From an uncultured Gammaproteobacteria bacterium (GTDB taxonomy: Bacteria > Pseudomonadota > Gammaproteobacteria > JAADGQ01): a DNA stretch of 49,908 nucleotides. Positions within the stretch are counted from its first letter, which is position 1; every line of letters begins with the position of its first letter. The DNA lies in NCBI GenBank assembly GCA_964468225.1, contig CAYXVC010000002.1:5016-54923 (forward strand). Direction: 5' to 3'. This document shows positions 19,729 through 29,646 of the stretch, in pieces. The position numbers were made by a program, and so were the translations under genes. The notes below the pieces were generated by a model that ran no database searches, was not told the origin of the DNA, and was given only the letters and a program-made list of their open reading frames with translations.

Positions 19729-20607
19729 ATGTCTATTAAATATTTAAAAGCCTTCCGACTGTTGTTATGTGTTCCTGTCATTTTGATAGCAACAAGTTGT
19801 GCTTCATTAAATGCTGTTAAGGATGCAGCTGGAATTAAAAATCCGAGTGTGAGTTTGGGAGGAATGCAAATTACAGATTTGACGATGGAAAATGCAGGTC
19901 TGGCATTGACGTTGAATGTTGATAATCCAAACCCCATCCCAATTAATTTGGCTGGATTTGATTACGCGCTGCTCTTTGATGGTAAGCAGTTATTGGCGGG
20001 TGAGAAGCGTGATCAATTCAAAATTGATGCAAAGGGTGTTAGCACGGTAACAGTGCCTATTTCGCTGAACTTTGCGGATCTTAAAAAGCTTTATCAAGGT
20101 GTGATGGATCAGGATACTTTGAATTATGAGCTGCAAACAACCGCTCTGGTTGATCTGCCTGTGATCGGTGTTAAAAAGTTTCCATCAACTCAAAAGGGGG
20201 AGTTTCCTGTGCCTAAAGTTCCTGAGGTCTCTTTAGGCGGGGTGGATGTTAAAAAAATGGGACTTAGTGGTGCCGAGGTTGTTGTCAATGCCAATATTAA
20301 AAACCCAAACTCTTTTGGAATTGATGTGAGTAAATTGGCTTATAACCTTTCAATTAATGGCTCGCAGTGGGCTGAGAGTTCGCTGAGCGAAACTATTAAA
20401 CTGGCTGAAAAAGGCGAAACTCAAATTAATATTCCTTTGAAATTGAATTTTATGGAGATGGGCAGTGCACTTTACAGCGCTTTGATGAAAGGTGAAGGTT
20501 TGAATTATCAGCTCAAGGGCGATATGAATCTGGATACGATGTTGCCGATGCTGAAAAATGTAAAGGTACCTTTTGATAAAAGTGGCGTTGTAGGTGTGCA
20601 GCGCTAA
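19729..20607 (+). CDS. Lipoprotein with two tandem LEA type-2 (WHy) domains
   Basis: Lipobox ATSC after ATG 19729; two repeats with P-x-VSLGG, NPN (DNPNPIPI / KNPNSFGI), aromatic-x-L-x-x-x-G and P-x-x-LNF. Confidence 0.82.
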   Translation: MSIKYLKAFRLLLCVPVILIATSCASLNAVKDAAGIKNPSVSLGGMQITDLTMENAGLALTLNVDNPNPIPINLAGFDYALLFDGKQLLAGEKRDQFKIDAKGVSTVTVPISLNFADLKKLYQGVMDQDTLNYELQTTALVDLPVIGVKKFPSTQKGEFPVPKVPEVSLGGVDVKKMGLSGAEVVVNANIKNPNSFGIDVSKLAYNLSINGSQWAESSLSETIKLAEKGETQINIPLKLNFMEMGSALYSALMKGEGLNYQLKGDMNLDTMLPMLKNVKVPFDKSGVVGVQR

Positions 20608-22558
20608 GAACTTTGGTATTGCACCGGCAAAGATAAGTTGGTGTGATGGTGCGCCTTACAGTGATTCATTTGGTGATGTTTATTTTTCCAGAGAGGGTGG
20701 GCTTGATGAAACTGATTATGTTTTCCTGAAGCATAATCAGTTGCCCGAACGCTGGCAAGAGTCCACAGCCTTTACCATTGCCGAAACTGGCTTTGGTATG
20801 GGTTTGAATTTTCTTATGACTTTAAAACGGTGGTATGAAACCGCTCCGTCGAACGCTCGTCTTCATTTTATTTCTGTTGAAAAATTTCCTCTGCTTAAGT
20901 CTGATTTACAGAAAGCTCTCTGTTTATGGCCGGAATTATCCCAATATTCTGAATTATTACTGGATGCTTATCCTGAGCTTGTGTCTGGTTATCATCGCCT
21001 GGAGTTTTTACAAGGACGTGTCACGCTAACTTTGATGCTGGGTGATGCCGTTGATATGTATCGATATTTGGAAGCGAAAGTCGATGCCTGGTTTCTGGAC
21101 GGTTTTGCACCCAGTAAAAACGATCAAATGTGGTTGCCCGAGTTATTTAAGCAGATCGCCCGTGTAAGTCATATAGGAACCACTTTCAGTACATTTACAG
21201 CAGCAGGGGCAGTGAGGCGTGGCTTGATCGCTTCAGGTTTTGAAGTCTCCAAAGTGGCAGGTTTTGGACGCAAACGAGAGATGCTGTGTGGGGTTTTTGT
21301 TGGCAATCCTGTTCGTAGCGATCAAACACCCTGGTTTGCGCTTCCTGATAAAGCAGATGGAAATTCACGATCCGTAGCCGTGGTTGGGGCAGGGCTTGCA
21401 GGAGTCACGACGGCACATGCATTGGCTCGAAGAGGTTGGTCTGTCACGCTGATTGAACGACATTCGGATGTGGCTCAAGAGGCATCGGGAAACCTGTTGG
21501 GTGTCGTGATGCCTCGGTTAGGTGTCACTGCTGATCCGGAAAGTCACTTCTATTTAACTGCTTTTTTGCATGTGGTCAGGTGGCTTTCAGCATTGAAATG
21601 CCAGCATCCAGAGTTAGTTTGGAAAGATTCTGGAGTATTGCAGTTATTAGAGTCAGAAAAAGTGCAACGCTTTTCAGGATTGAACTTGCCAGAATCAGTG
21701 CTTCAAATTGTAACGACAGCGCAGGCGAGTCAATTGTGCGGTCTGCAGCTTCAGTCGGGTGGTCTATTTTATTCGCTTGGTGGGAGTCTGGATCCGGCTG
21801 AGTTGTGTCGTATTTTGGTGGATTCAGAGCCGGAATTAATTCAGCGTTGTTTTCATAAAATGGCCATTACTATCGAACAAAGTAATGAGGTATGGTGTGT
21901 TCGGGACGAATCAGGTGGTGCTTTAGCTGAGGCTTCCGTTGTTGTATTGGCGAATGGTCATGAGGTCACTCATTTAAAGCAAGGTGCTGAGTTGCCCGTT
22001 TCTCGAGTGCGAGGTCAATTGACTTACCTGCCTGAAAATTCTGTGAATTCTGTTCTGAATATGCCAGTTTGTTATGATGGTTATATTACGCCTGCATACA
22101 AAAAATATCATGTGGTTGGGGCGAGCTATGATCGCTATGAACAATCAAGAGATCTGAAAAAATCTGAACAAAATCAAATGTTGAATGCACTTTATGGGCA
22201 ACTCCCTATTATGCGATCAGATGACACTGTCTTAATGAATGGTCGTGTTGCGTTCCGGGCGACCAGCAAGGATCATTTGCCGCTGGTTGGGCCATTAGCG
22301 GATGAGCGTTGGTTTCGAGCGCATTATGACGGCCTAAAGCATGGCCGTAGGCCTGATACTTATCCTGCTGCAAATTATCACTCTGGATTGTTCGTTAATG
22401 TCGCGCACGGTTCGCGGGGTCTGGTTTCGTGTGCACTTAGTGCTGAAATTATTGCGGCTTACCTTGATGGTGAGCCACAACCCGTTTCACGAAAATTACT
22501 TAATCGTTTGCACCCTGCGCGCTTTTTGGTAAATCACTTGAAGCGGAGAGGTGGATAG
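20594..22558 (+). CDS. mnmC: Bifunctional tRNA mnm5s2U34 methyltransferase / FAD-dependent oxidoreductase
   Basis: DVYFS, AETGFGMGLNFL, DAWFLDGFAPSKN, GRKREM, VVGAGLAG, ASGN, HGSRGL. Confidence 0.96.
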   Translation: MCSAKNFGIAPAKISWCDGAPYSDSFGDVYFSREGGLDETDYVFLKHNQLPERWQESTAFTIAETGFGMGLNFLMTLKRWYETAPSNARLHFISVEKFPLLKSDLQKALCLWPELSQYSELLLDAYPELVSGYHRLEFLQGRVTLTLMLGDAVDMYRYLEAKVDAWFLDGFAPSKNDQMWLPELFKQIARVSHIGTTFSTFTAAGAVRRGLIASGFEVSKVAGFGRKREMLCGVFVGNPVRSDQTPWFALPDKADGNSRSVAVVGAGLAGVTTAHALARRGWSVTLIERHSDVAQEASGNLLGVVMPRLGVTADPESHFYLTAFLHVVRWLSALKCQHPELVWKDSGVLQLLESEKVQRFSGLNLPESVLQIVTTAQASQLCGLQLQSGGLFYSLGGSLDPAELCRILVDSEPELIQRCFHKMAITIEQSNEVWCVRDESGGALAEASVVVLANGHEVTHLKQGAELPVSRVRGQLTYLPENSVNSVLNMPVCYDGYITPAYKKYHVVGASYDRYEQSRDLKKSEQNQMLNALYGQLPIMRSDDTVLMNGRVAFRATSKDHLPLVGPLADERWFRAHYDGLKHGRRPDTYPAANYHSGLFVNVAHGSRGLVSCALSAEIIAAYLDGEPQPVSRKLLNRLHPARFLVNHLKRRGG

Positions 22559-23615
22559 TGGATGTGGGAAATGCAGTTTCGGCATCATGATTGCTGATAA
22601 TGTCACAGATTTTTAGTAATACATCCTGCTTTATTTCATGAAACCGAACCCAGTCGGTGGTACGGGTAAAAGTATAAATAAAGAAGTCCATTGAGGAAGG
22701 TGCAAAGCTGTTGAAATTGACGATAAGGGTCTGTTTTGGATCAATTTCAGGATGATTTTTCAGCATCTGTTTTACTGCATCAGTAATGTCATTCATTTTA
22801 TCTGCATCGGTGTAACGAATGCCTATCGTCTCCTTAATTCTGCGATTGGTCATACGGGATGGGTTTTCTACAGAAACGGTTGAAAAAATGCTATTGGGAA
22901 CATATAAGGGGCGTTTATCAAAAGTACGAATACGCGTTAATCGCCAGCCAATCTCTTCGACAGTCCCTTCTATTTCTCTATCAGGGGAGCGAATCCAGTC
23001 ACCGACTGCAAAGGGGCGGTCAAGGTAGATCATAACGCCACCAAAGAAATTGGCTAACAGATCCTTGGCAGCAAAACCGATTGCAATACCACCTACGCCA
23101 CCAAAAGCTAGAAGGCCTGAAATACTAAATCCCAGTGTTTGTAATGTGATAAGTAATCCGGTGATAATAATAGAAATTTTCAGTAATTTACTGATGGCAT
23201 CGGCTGTTGTATGGTCGATAGGTTTGCTGCTGTTTTGGCGTGATTCAATAAGGTTTTTCTGGGTGCGATTGACTAGTCGTAGTGCAAACCATGTAATCGC
23301 AAAAATAACGCCAACAGTGCGGAGGGTGCTGACAATATCAAAAATTGCAGCTTCTGAATTTTGTCCGGAAATATCAGCGGCCAATGTGATGCCTACGACC
23401 CAGATGAGGAGTGATAACGGTTTTCGAATTGCGTCAACAAGCGCTTCATCCCAAAGGGTGGTTGTTTTAAGAAGGCGTTTGTGTAAGCGCTTGAGGACTT
23501 TCTTTTGAATGAAGTTGATGAGAAGGGTGATGAATATAACAGTAAAAATTTGTGTGACCCATACGGTATCACTATCCAGAAAATCTATATTTGATAGTAA
23601 GTCATTAATACTCAT
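22500..23615 (-). CDS. MscS-family mechanosensitive channel (YnaI-like)
   Basis: GLLAFGGVGGIAIGFAAKDLLANFFGG, RPFAVGDWI, GTVEEIGWRLT, AFPT; GAGGT RBS before ATG 23615. Confidence 0.93.
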   Translation of the reverse strand: MSINDLLSNIDFLDSDTVWVTQIFTVIFITLLINFIQKKVLKRLHKRLLKTTTLWDEALVDAIRKPLSLLIWVVGITLAADISGQNSEAAIFDIVSTLRTVGVIFAITWFALRLVNRTQKNLIESRQNSSKPIDHTTADAISKLLKISIIITGLLITLQTLGFSISGLLAFGGVGGIAIGFAAKDLLANFFGGVMIYLDRPFAVGDWIRSPDREIEGTVEEIGWRLTRIRTFDKRPLYVPNSIFSTVSVENPSRMTNRRIKETIGIRYTDADKMNDITDAVKQMLKNHPEIDPKQTLIVNFNSFAPSSMDFFIYTFTRTTDWVRFHEIKQDVLLKICDIISNHDAETAFPTSTIHLSASSDLPKSAQGAND

Positions 23616-23806
23616 GAGACCTCTCCAGTGAGCCAGCAATTAAATCTTTAAAACCGTTATTGTAACTTGAGTTAAAGGTGATTAATAACGCGTTAAATAG
23701 TAAGGGAAAGCGGAATTGGGTGGTTTTAAATAGTTATTGATTTATTATTTTTCAACCGGTAAGCTCACCACCTGTTTTTAAGGGTTTACTTAAGGAGTTG
23801 CAGATC

Positions 23807-24562
23807 ATGCGTCAACCACTTGTGGCTGGTAATTGGAAAATGAACGGTTCCAAAGAGAGCATTCAAGCACTGGTAGGTGGTTTGAAAGCTGGTTTGAGTT
23901 CAGGCTTCAGTGCTGAGGTTGTTGTGTGTCCGTCGGCCATCTATATTTCAGATGCAAAGGCGCTGCTGGAAGGCTCTGATATCGTTTTGGGCGGTCAAGA
24001 TTTATGTGCTCATGCAGAGCAGGGTGCATTTACAGGTGAAATAGCAGCCAGTATGCTGTTGGACTTTAGTTGTAAGTATGTCATTGTCGGCCACTCTGAG
24101 CGACGTGCATTTTATGGCGAAACCGATGCGCTGGTCGCACAAAAATTTAAAGTTGCGTATGACGCTGGATTGAAACCAATTTTATGCGTAGGTGAGCTGC
24201 TCGAAGAGCGTGAAGCGGGTCAAACTGAAAACGTTGTTGCGCGTCAGCTGGATGCTGTTTTAAATATGGAAGGTGGTGTGGCTGCACTTGCAGATTCTGT
24301 GATTGCCTATGAGCCTGTCTGGGCGATAGGGACAGGAAAAACTGCATCACCGGAACAAGCTCAGGACGTGCATGCTTTTATACGGCAGCGTGTTGCGGAT
24401 AAAGATTCCGCTGTGGCGGCTAAAACAAGAATTCTTTATGGTGGAAGTGTGAAAGCGGGTAATGCTTCCGAGTTATTTTCCAAGCCCGATATTGATGGTG
24501 GTTTGGTGGGGGGAGCTTCATTGGTTGTTGAAGAGTTCCTGGGTATTTGTCGGGCATCATAA
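23807..24562 (+). CDS. tpiA: Triosephosphate isomerase
   Basis: AGNWKMNG, GHSERR, AYEPVWAIGTG, YGGSV, GGASL; AAGGAG RBS. Confidence 0.99.
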   Translation: MRQPLVAGNWKMNGSKESIQALVGGLKAGLSSGFSAEVVVCPSAIYISDAKALLEGSDIVLGGQDLCAHAEQGAFTGEIAASMLLDFSCKYVIVGHSERRAFYGETDALVAQKFKVAYDAGLKPILCVGELLEEREAGQTENVVARQLDAVLNMEGGVAALADSVIAYEPVWAIGTGKTASPEQAQDVHAFIRQRVADKDSAVAAKTRILYGGSVKAGNASELFSKPDIDGGLVGGASLVVEEFLGICRAS

Positions 24563-24600
24563 AAATGATGCGGATTTGTTTTTGTAAGTAAGGTTGATTG

Positions 24601-24975
24601 ATGCAGACTGCACTACTGGTTTTTCATACATTGTTGGCAATAAGTTTGATTGTGATGGTTTTGATTCAGCACGGCAAAGGGGCTGATATGGGCGCTTCTT
24701 TTGGTGCGGGTGCTTCACAAACCGTGTTTGGTAGCCAAGGTGCTGGCTCCTTTTTAACAAGAGTGACCGCAATAATGGCTGCGTTGTTTTTTGCGACCAG
24801 TTTGACGCTTGCCTATTTTGGTCACCAAGGGGTTAAGCAAGGCAGTGTGACGGATGCCTTGAGTTCAGGAGTGCCTGCTGTGATGACAGATAAACCCGAG
24901 TTTGGGTTGGAATCTGAATCACTCGACTTGAATAGCGATGTTCCTGCTATTTTAGAAGAAAAAGAACAAAAGTAA
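24601..24975 (+). CDS. secG: Preprotein translocase subunit SecG
   Basis: LIQHGKGADMGASFGAGASQTVFGS between two TM helices. Confidence 0.97.
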   Translation: MQTALLVFHTLLAISLIVMVLIQHGKGADMGASFGAGASQTVFGSQGAGSFLTRVTAIMAALFFATSLTLAYFGHQGVKQGSVTDALSSGVPAVMTDKPEFGLESESLDLNSDVPAILEEKEQK

Positions 24976-24991
24976 GTATTGTTTAATTATT

Positions 24992-25076
24992 GCCGACGTG
25001 GTGAAATTGGTAGACACGCCACCTTGAGGGGGTGGTAGCGCAAGCTGTGCCGGTTCGACTCCGGCCGTCGGCACCA
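24992..25076 (+). tRNA. tRNA-Leu (anticodon GAG), 85 nt, encoded CCA
   Basis: Acceptor stem GCCGACG/CGTCGGC, D loop TGGTAGA, anticodon arm CCACC-TTGAGGG-GGTGG, long variable arm, GGTTCGACTCC T arm; usual position after secG. Confidence 0.97.
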
Positions 25077-25142
25077 TAAAATACTAGAGTACAGCGATAA
25101 ATTTGCTTTAACCATCGCTGGATTGAGGGGATAGTAGCTGGA

Positions 25143-25499
25143 ATGTTAGAAAATTACCTGCCTGTTTTGCTTTTTATTTTTTTAGGCGTGCTGTTTGGAT
25201 TAGGTCCCTTGATTGCGGGATTTGTTCTTGGTCCAAATAAACCTGATAGTGAAAAGCTTTCTACTTATGAGTGCGGATTCGAGCCGTTCGAAGATTCTCG
25301 AATGAAGTTTGATGTTCGATACTATCTGGTTGCAATTCTTTTTATTCTCTTTGATCTTGAGGTCGCTTTTCTTTTTCCCTGGGCGGCTGTATTGCAGGAC
25401 ATTGGCTGGTTTGGTTTTTGGGCGATGCTGATGTTTTTAACTCTTCTTGTGATCGGTTTTATCTATGAATGGAAAAAAGGGGCATTAGAGTGGGAATAG
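25143..25499 (+). CDS. nuoA: NADH-quinone oxidoreductase subunit A
   Basis: [26 protein letters not shown]. Confidence 0.97.
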   Translation: MLENYLPVLLFIFLGVLFGLGPLIAGFVLGPNKPDSEKLSTYECGFEPFEDSRMKFDVRYYLVAILFILFDLEVAFLFPWAAVLQDIGWFGFWAMLMFLTLLVIGFIYEWKKGALEWE

Positions 25500-25966
25500 A
25501 AGGCATCCTGAAAGAGAGCGTTATTACAACGAGTGCTGATGCATTAATTAATTGGGCGCGTACAGGATCACTGTGGCCCATGACATTTGGCTTGGCGTGT
25601 TGTGCTGTTGAAATGATGCAAGCGGGCGCATCCCGTTATGATCTGGATCGTTTCGGTGTGGTTTTTCGGCCCAGCCCTCGTCAGTCTGATGTGATGATTG
25701 TTGCGGGCACATTAGTCAATAAAATGGCGCCTGCTTTAAGAAAAGTATACGATCAGATGGCAGAACCTCGCTGGGTGATCTCTATGGGGTCATGTGCCAA
25801 TGGGGGTGGCTATTACCATTACTCATACGCTGTTGTTCGTGGTTGTGACCGAATTGTTCCCGTAGATATTTATATTCCGGGTTGCCCTCCAACAGCTGAA
25901 GCGCTTTTGTATGGCATTATTCAGCTGCAAAATAAAATTAAACGAACCAATACGATAGCTCGTTAG
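25490..25966 (+). CDS. nuoB: NADH-quinone oxidoreductase subunit B
   Basis: [25 protein letters not shown]; GTG start at 25490 inferred. Confidence 0.97.
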   Translation: MGIEGILKESVITTSADALINWARTGSLWPMTFGLACCAVEMMQAGASRYDLDRFGVVFRPSPRQSDVMIVAGTLVNKMAPALRKVYDQMAEPRWVISMGSCANGGGYYHYSYAVVRGCDRIVPVDIYIPGCPPTAEALLYGIIQLQNKIKRTNTIAR

Positions 25967-25971
25967 AATCT

Positions 25972-26592
25972 ATGGAAAATATAAAGCAAACACTTATTGA
26001 ACGCCTACAGCACCGTTTTGGAGAAAGGTTGCTTTGGAGTCAGTATGCGATGGGCGAAGTCACGATTGAAGTGCCTTTAAATGAGCTGCTGGATATATGT
26101 CAAAGCCTGCGTGATGAAGCAGACTTTTCATTTGAGATGTTAGTTGATCTCTGTGGTGTTGATTATTCCGAATACAAAAATGGTCAGGAAAATCGTTTTA
26201 TAGAAAAAGGTGAGCGTTTTGCAGTGGTTTATCATTTGCTCTCTGTAAAGAATAACCAGCGGCTTCGAGTGCGTGCTTTTGTTAATGAAGAAAGTTTAAG
26301 GGTCAGTTCTGTTGTGGATTTATGGAACTCTGCAAATTGGTTTGAGCGAGAAGCTTTTGATCTGTTCGGCATTCTATTCGAAGGTCATCCGGATTTAAGG
26401 CGCCTTTTAACTGATTATGGTTTTGTTGGCCACCCATTCCGTAAAGATTTTCCGTTAGAAGGGTATGTAGAGATGCGTTATGACTCCGATAAAAAACGTG
26501 TTGTTTACGAACCAGTCAGTATTGAACCTCGAATTAATGCACCACGTGTGATCAGAAATGATCACAGATTTGCAGCAAAAGGGGGTGCTTGA
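25972..26592 (+). CDS. nuoC: NADH-quinone oxidoreductase subunit C
   Basis: [38 protein letters not shown]. Confidence 0.97.
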   Translation: MENIKQTLIERLQHRFGERLLWSQYAMGEVTIEVPLNELLDICQSLRDEADFSFEMLVDLCGVDYSEYKNGQENRFIEKGERFAVVYHLLSVKNNQRLRVRAFVNEESLRVSSVVDLWNSANWFEREAFDLFGILFEGHPDLRRLLTDYGFVGHPFRKDFPLEGYVEMRYDSDKKRVVYEPVSIEPRINAPRVIRNDHRFAAKGGA

Positions 26593-26594
26593 TC

Positions 26595-27848
26595 ATGGCA
26601 GAAATACAGAATTATACGCTTAATTTTGGGCCACAGCATCCGTCTGCACATGGTGTATTACGGTTGGTATTGGAGTTGGATGGTGAAACAGTAGAGCGTG
26701 CTGATCCGCATATTGGTTTACTTCATCGTGGCACGGAAAAACTTGCTGAAAGCAAGCCATATAATCAAAGTTTAGCTTATATGGATCGCTTGGATTATGT
26801 GTCACCCATGAGCAATGAACACGCTTATGTGATAGCGATGGAAAAAATTCTGGGCATTACTCCACCCGTCAGGGCGCTTTATATCAGGGTGTTGTTTGAT
26901 GAAATCACTCGTATATTAAATCATCTACTCTGGATTGGTGCGCACGCACTTGATATTGGTGCGATGACTGTATTTTTATATGCTTTTCGTGAACGTGAAG
27001 ATTTGATGGACTGTTATGAAGCAGTCAGTGGATCACGATTGCATGCGGCCTATTATCGCCCTGGTGGTGTTGCACGGGATTTACCCAATAGTATGCCTCT
27101 TTATGAGGCTTCAAAATGGCACAGTGAAAAAGAAGTTGCCAAGAAAAACGAAAATCGACAAGGATCGTTGCTTGATTTTATAGAGAATTTTGTGAAACGT
27201 TTTCCTGCTCATGTGGATGAGTACGAAACATTATTAACAGATAACAGAATCTGGAAGCAGCGTACTGTAGATATCGGAATTGTTTCACCTGAACGTGCCT
27301 TGCAAATGGGTTTCACTGGGCCAATGTTGCGTGGTTCTGGTGTTGAATGGGATTTACGAAAAAAACAACCTTATGCAGTTTATGATCAACTTGATTTTGA
27401 TATTCCGGTCGGTGTAACTGGTGATAGCTATGATCGTTATTTAGTACGCGTTGAAGAGATGCGACAATCCAATCGTATCATGCAGCAATGTATTGATTGG
27501 TTGCGTACTAATCCAGGCCCTGTTTTAACAGATAATCACAAAGTTGCCCCGCCCAAAAGAGCAGATATGAAAGGTGATATGGAGTCATTGATTCATCACT
27601 TTAAACTTTTTACTGAAGGTTTTTGCTTGCCTGAAGGCGAGGCTTATGCCGCCGTTGAACACCCTAAGGGTGAGTTTGGTATTTATCTTGTTTCTGATGG
27701 AGCGAATAAGCCGTATCGAATGAAAATTCGTGCGCCAGGTTTTGCTCATATAGCTGGGTTGGATGAGATGTGCCGTGGTCATATGTTGGCAGATGTTGTA
27801 GCGATTATCGGTACGCAAGATATTGTATTTGGTGAGGTGGATCGTTGA
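26595..27848 (+). CDS. nuoD: NADH-quinone oxidoreductase subunit D
   Basis: [41 protein letters not shown]. Confidence 0.98.
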   Translation: MAEIQNYTLNFGPQHPSAHGVLRLVLELDGETVERADPHIGLLHRGTEKLAESKPYNQSLAYMDRLDYVSPMSNEHAYVIAMEKILGITPPVRALYIRVLFDEITRILNHLLWIGAHALDIGAMTVFLYAFREREDLMDCYEAVSGSRLHAAYYRPGGVARDLPNSMPLYEASKWHSEKEVAKKNENRQGSLLDFIENFVKRFPAHVDEYETLLTDNRIWKQRTVDIGIVSPERALQMGFTGPMLRGSGVEWDLRKKQPYAVYDQLDFDIPVGVTGDSYDRYLVRVEEMRQSNRIMQQCIDWLRTNPGPVLTDNHKVAPPKRADMKGDMESLIHHFKLFTEGFCLPEGEAYAAVEHPKGEFGIYLVSDGANKPYRMKIRAPGFAHIAGLDEMCRGHMLADVVAIIGTQDIVFGEVDR

Positions 27849-28327
27849 TGCCTATATTTTCAAAAGAGACTACGCAGGCGATTGACGAATGGATTGCCAA
27901 GTATCCAGCCAGTCAAAAGCAGTCGGCAGTGATGCCTGCTTTAAGAGTTGTTCAGGAGGCTCATGAGGGCAGTTTAACAACGGAACTTATGGATGCTGTT
28001 GCCGCATATCTAGAGATGGAAACTATTGCAGTGTATGAAGTTGCAACTTTTTATTCCATGTACGAGCTAAAACCGGTGGGTCAGCATAAAATTTGTGTCT
28101 GTACCAACGTCTCTTGTATGTTGTGTGGTTCAGATCAAATTGTATCTCATTTGCAAAATAAACTGGGTATCAAATTAGGTGAAACCACTGAAGATGGAAA
28201 GTTTACTTTGAAAGAGGTTGAGTGCCTTGGAGCTTGTGGCGGTGCGCCTATGTTCCAGATTGAGCGTGAATATCATGAAAATCTTACGCCAGAAAAAGTA
28301 GACAAAATACTGGATGGATTAAAGTAA
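27848..28327 (+). CDS. nuoE: NADH-quinone oxidoreductase subunit E
   Basis: EVATFY, CTNVSC, ECLGAC 2Fe-2S ligands. Confidence 0.97.
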   Translation: MPIFSKETTQAIDEWIAKYPASQKQSAVMPALRVVQEAHEGSLTTELMDAVAAYLEMETIAVYEVATFYSMYELKPVGQHKICVCTNVSCMLCGSDQIVSHLQNKLGIKLGETTEDGKFTLKEVECLGACGGAPMFQIEREYHENLTPEKVDKILDGLK

Positions 28328-28329
28328 CT

Positions 28330-29604
28330 ATGGCTAACGAAGTCTGTTTCAGAACACTCCACCTTGACAAACCATGGTCGATCAAGACGTATAAAGAAAA
28401 TGGTGGTTATGAGGTATGGGAAAAAATAGTTCAAGAGAATACATCGCCTGAAGAGATCATTAATGAATTAAAAACATCGGCTCTGCGCGGCCGAGGTGGA
28501 GCAGGTTTTCCTACAGGCTTGAAGTGGAGCTTTATGCCACGTGGTATTCCAGGCGACAAATATATTGTTTGCAATTCAGATGAAGGTGAGCCAGGAACGT
28601 TTAAAGACAGGGATATTTTGCGTTATAACCCTCATCAACTGATAGAAGGGATGGCTATTGCGGCATATACGATGGGCGCCAATGCTGGCTATAACTATAT
28701 TCGAGGAGAATTTTGGGAGCCGTTTGAACGCTTCGAAAATGCTTTGGAAGAGGCGCGTGCAGCAGGTTATATCGGAAAAAATATTCTTGGCAAAGGCATG
28801 GACTTTGATATTCATGCACACTTGGGCGCTGGAGCCTACGTATGTGGTGAAGAAACAGCACTGATTGAGTCGATTGAGGGCAAAAAAGGTCAGCCACGCT
28901 TTAAGCCTCCTTTTCCAGCAAGTTACGGTCTTTATGGCCGACCTACCACAATCAATAATACTGAAACATTAAGCTCGGTTCCGATGATTCTTGCGCAAGG
29001 CGGACAATGGTTTTTGGATCTTGGCAAGCCTAATAATGGCGGAACTAAAATATTTTCAGTATCCGGTCATGTGAATAAACCTGGCAACTATGAAATTTCT
29101 ATGGGTACGCCTTTTTCAAAGCTGCTGGAAATGGCTGGTGGAGTACGTGACGGTCATACTTTAAAAGCGGTCATTCCTGGCGGCTCATCAACCCCTGTTC
29201 TTCCAGCTGATATCATGATGGATGTGACGATGGACTATGATGGTATTGCCAAAGCAGGCTCAATGCTGGGCGCGGGATCAGTCATTGTGATGGATGAAAC
29301 AACATGCATGGTAAAAGTGCTGGCTCGAATTGCTCATTTTTATTTTGAAGAGTCTTGTGGGCAATGCACGCCTTGTCGCGAAGGTACGGGCTGGTTGTCC
29401 CGAATGGTGCATCGAATTGAACATGGTGAAGGTCGCCCGGAAGATCTGGATCGTTTGGTTGATGTCGCGCATAAAATTGAAGGGCGCACTATTTGTGCTT
29501 TAGGCGATGCTGCTGCGATGCCTGTTACAAGCTTTATTAAACACTATCGTGAAGAGTTTGAATATCATATCGAACACAAACGGTGCATGGTTAGTGTTAG
29601 TTAG
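28330..29604 (+). CDS. nuoF: NADH-quinone oxidoreductase subunit F
   Basis: [38 protein letters not shown]. Confidence 0.98.
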   Translation: MANEVCFRTLHLDKPWSIKTYKENGGYEVWEKIVQENTSPEEIINELKTSALRGRGGAGFPTGLKWSFMPRGIPGDKYIVCNSDEGEPGTFKDRDILRYNPHQLIEGMAIAAYTMGANAGYNYIRGEFWEPFERFENALEEARAAGYIGKNILGKGMDFDIHAHLGAGAYVCGEETALIESIEGKKGQPRFKPPFPASYGLYGRPTTINNTETLSSVPMILAQGGQWFLDLGKPNNGGTKIFSVSGHVNKPGNYEISMGTPFSKLLEMAGGVRDGHTLKAVIPGGSSTPVLPADIMMDVTMDYDGIAKAGSMLGAGSVIVMDETTCMVKVLARIAHFYFEESCGQCTPCREGTGWLSRMVHRIEHGEGRPEDLDRLVDVAHKIEGRTICALGDAAAMPVTSFIKHYREEFEYHIEHKRCMVSVS

Positions 29605-29646
29605 GTTCTTATAGTTAATGATATTGCGGTTATTCGGAATTCAAAT

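Noticed and set aside
23661-23695. Short palindromes TAACT-TG-AGTTA and TAACGCGTTA between mscS and tpiA as a regulator site
   Set aside because: Short, in AT-rich DNA and with inconsistent spacing; cannot be distinguished from chance without comparative data.
24992-25142. tRNA-Leu as an integration site, and the CAGCGAT-N15-ATCGCTG hairpin (25092-25120) as a terminator
   Set aside because: No integrase or duplicated tRNA 3' end was seen and nuoA follows after 66 bp; the hairpin has a long loop and no U-tract.
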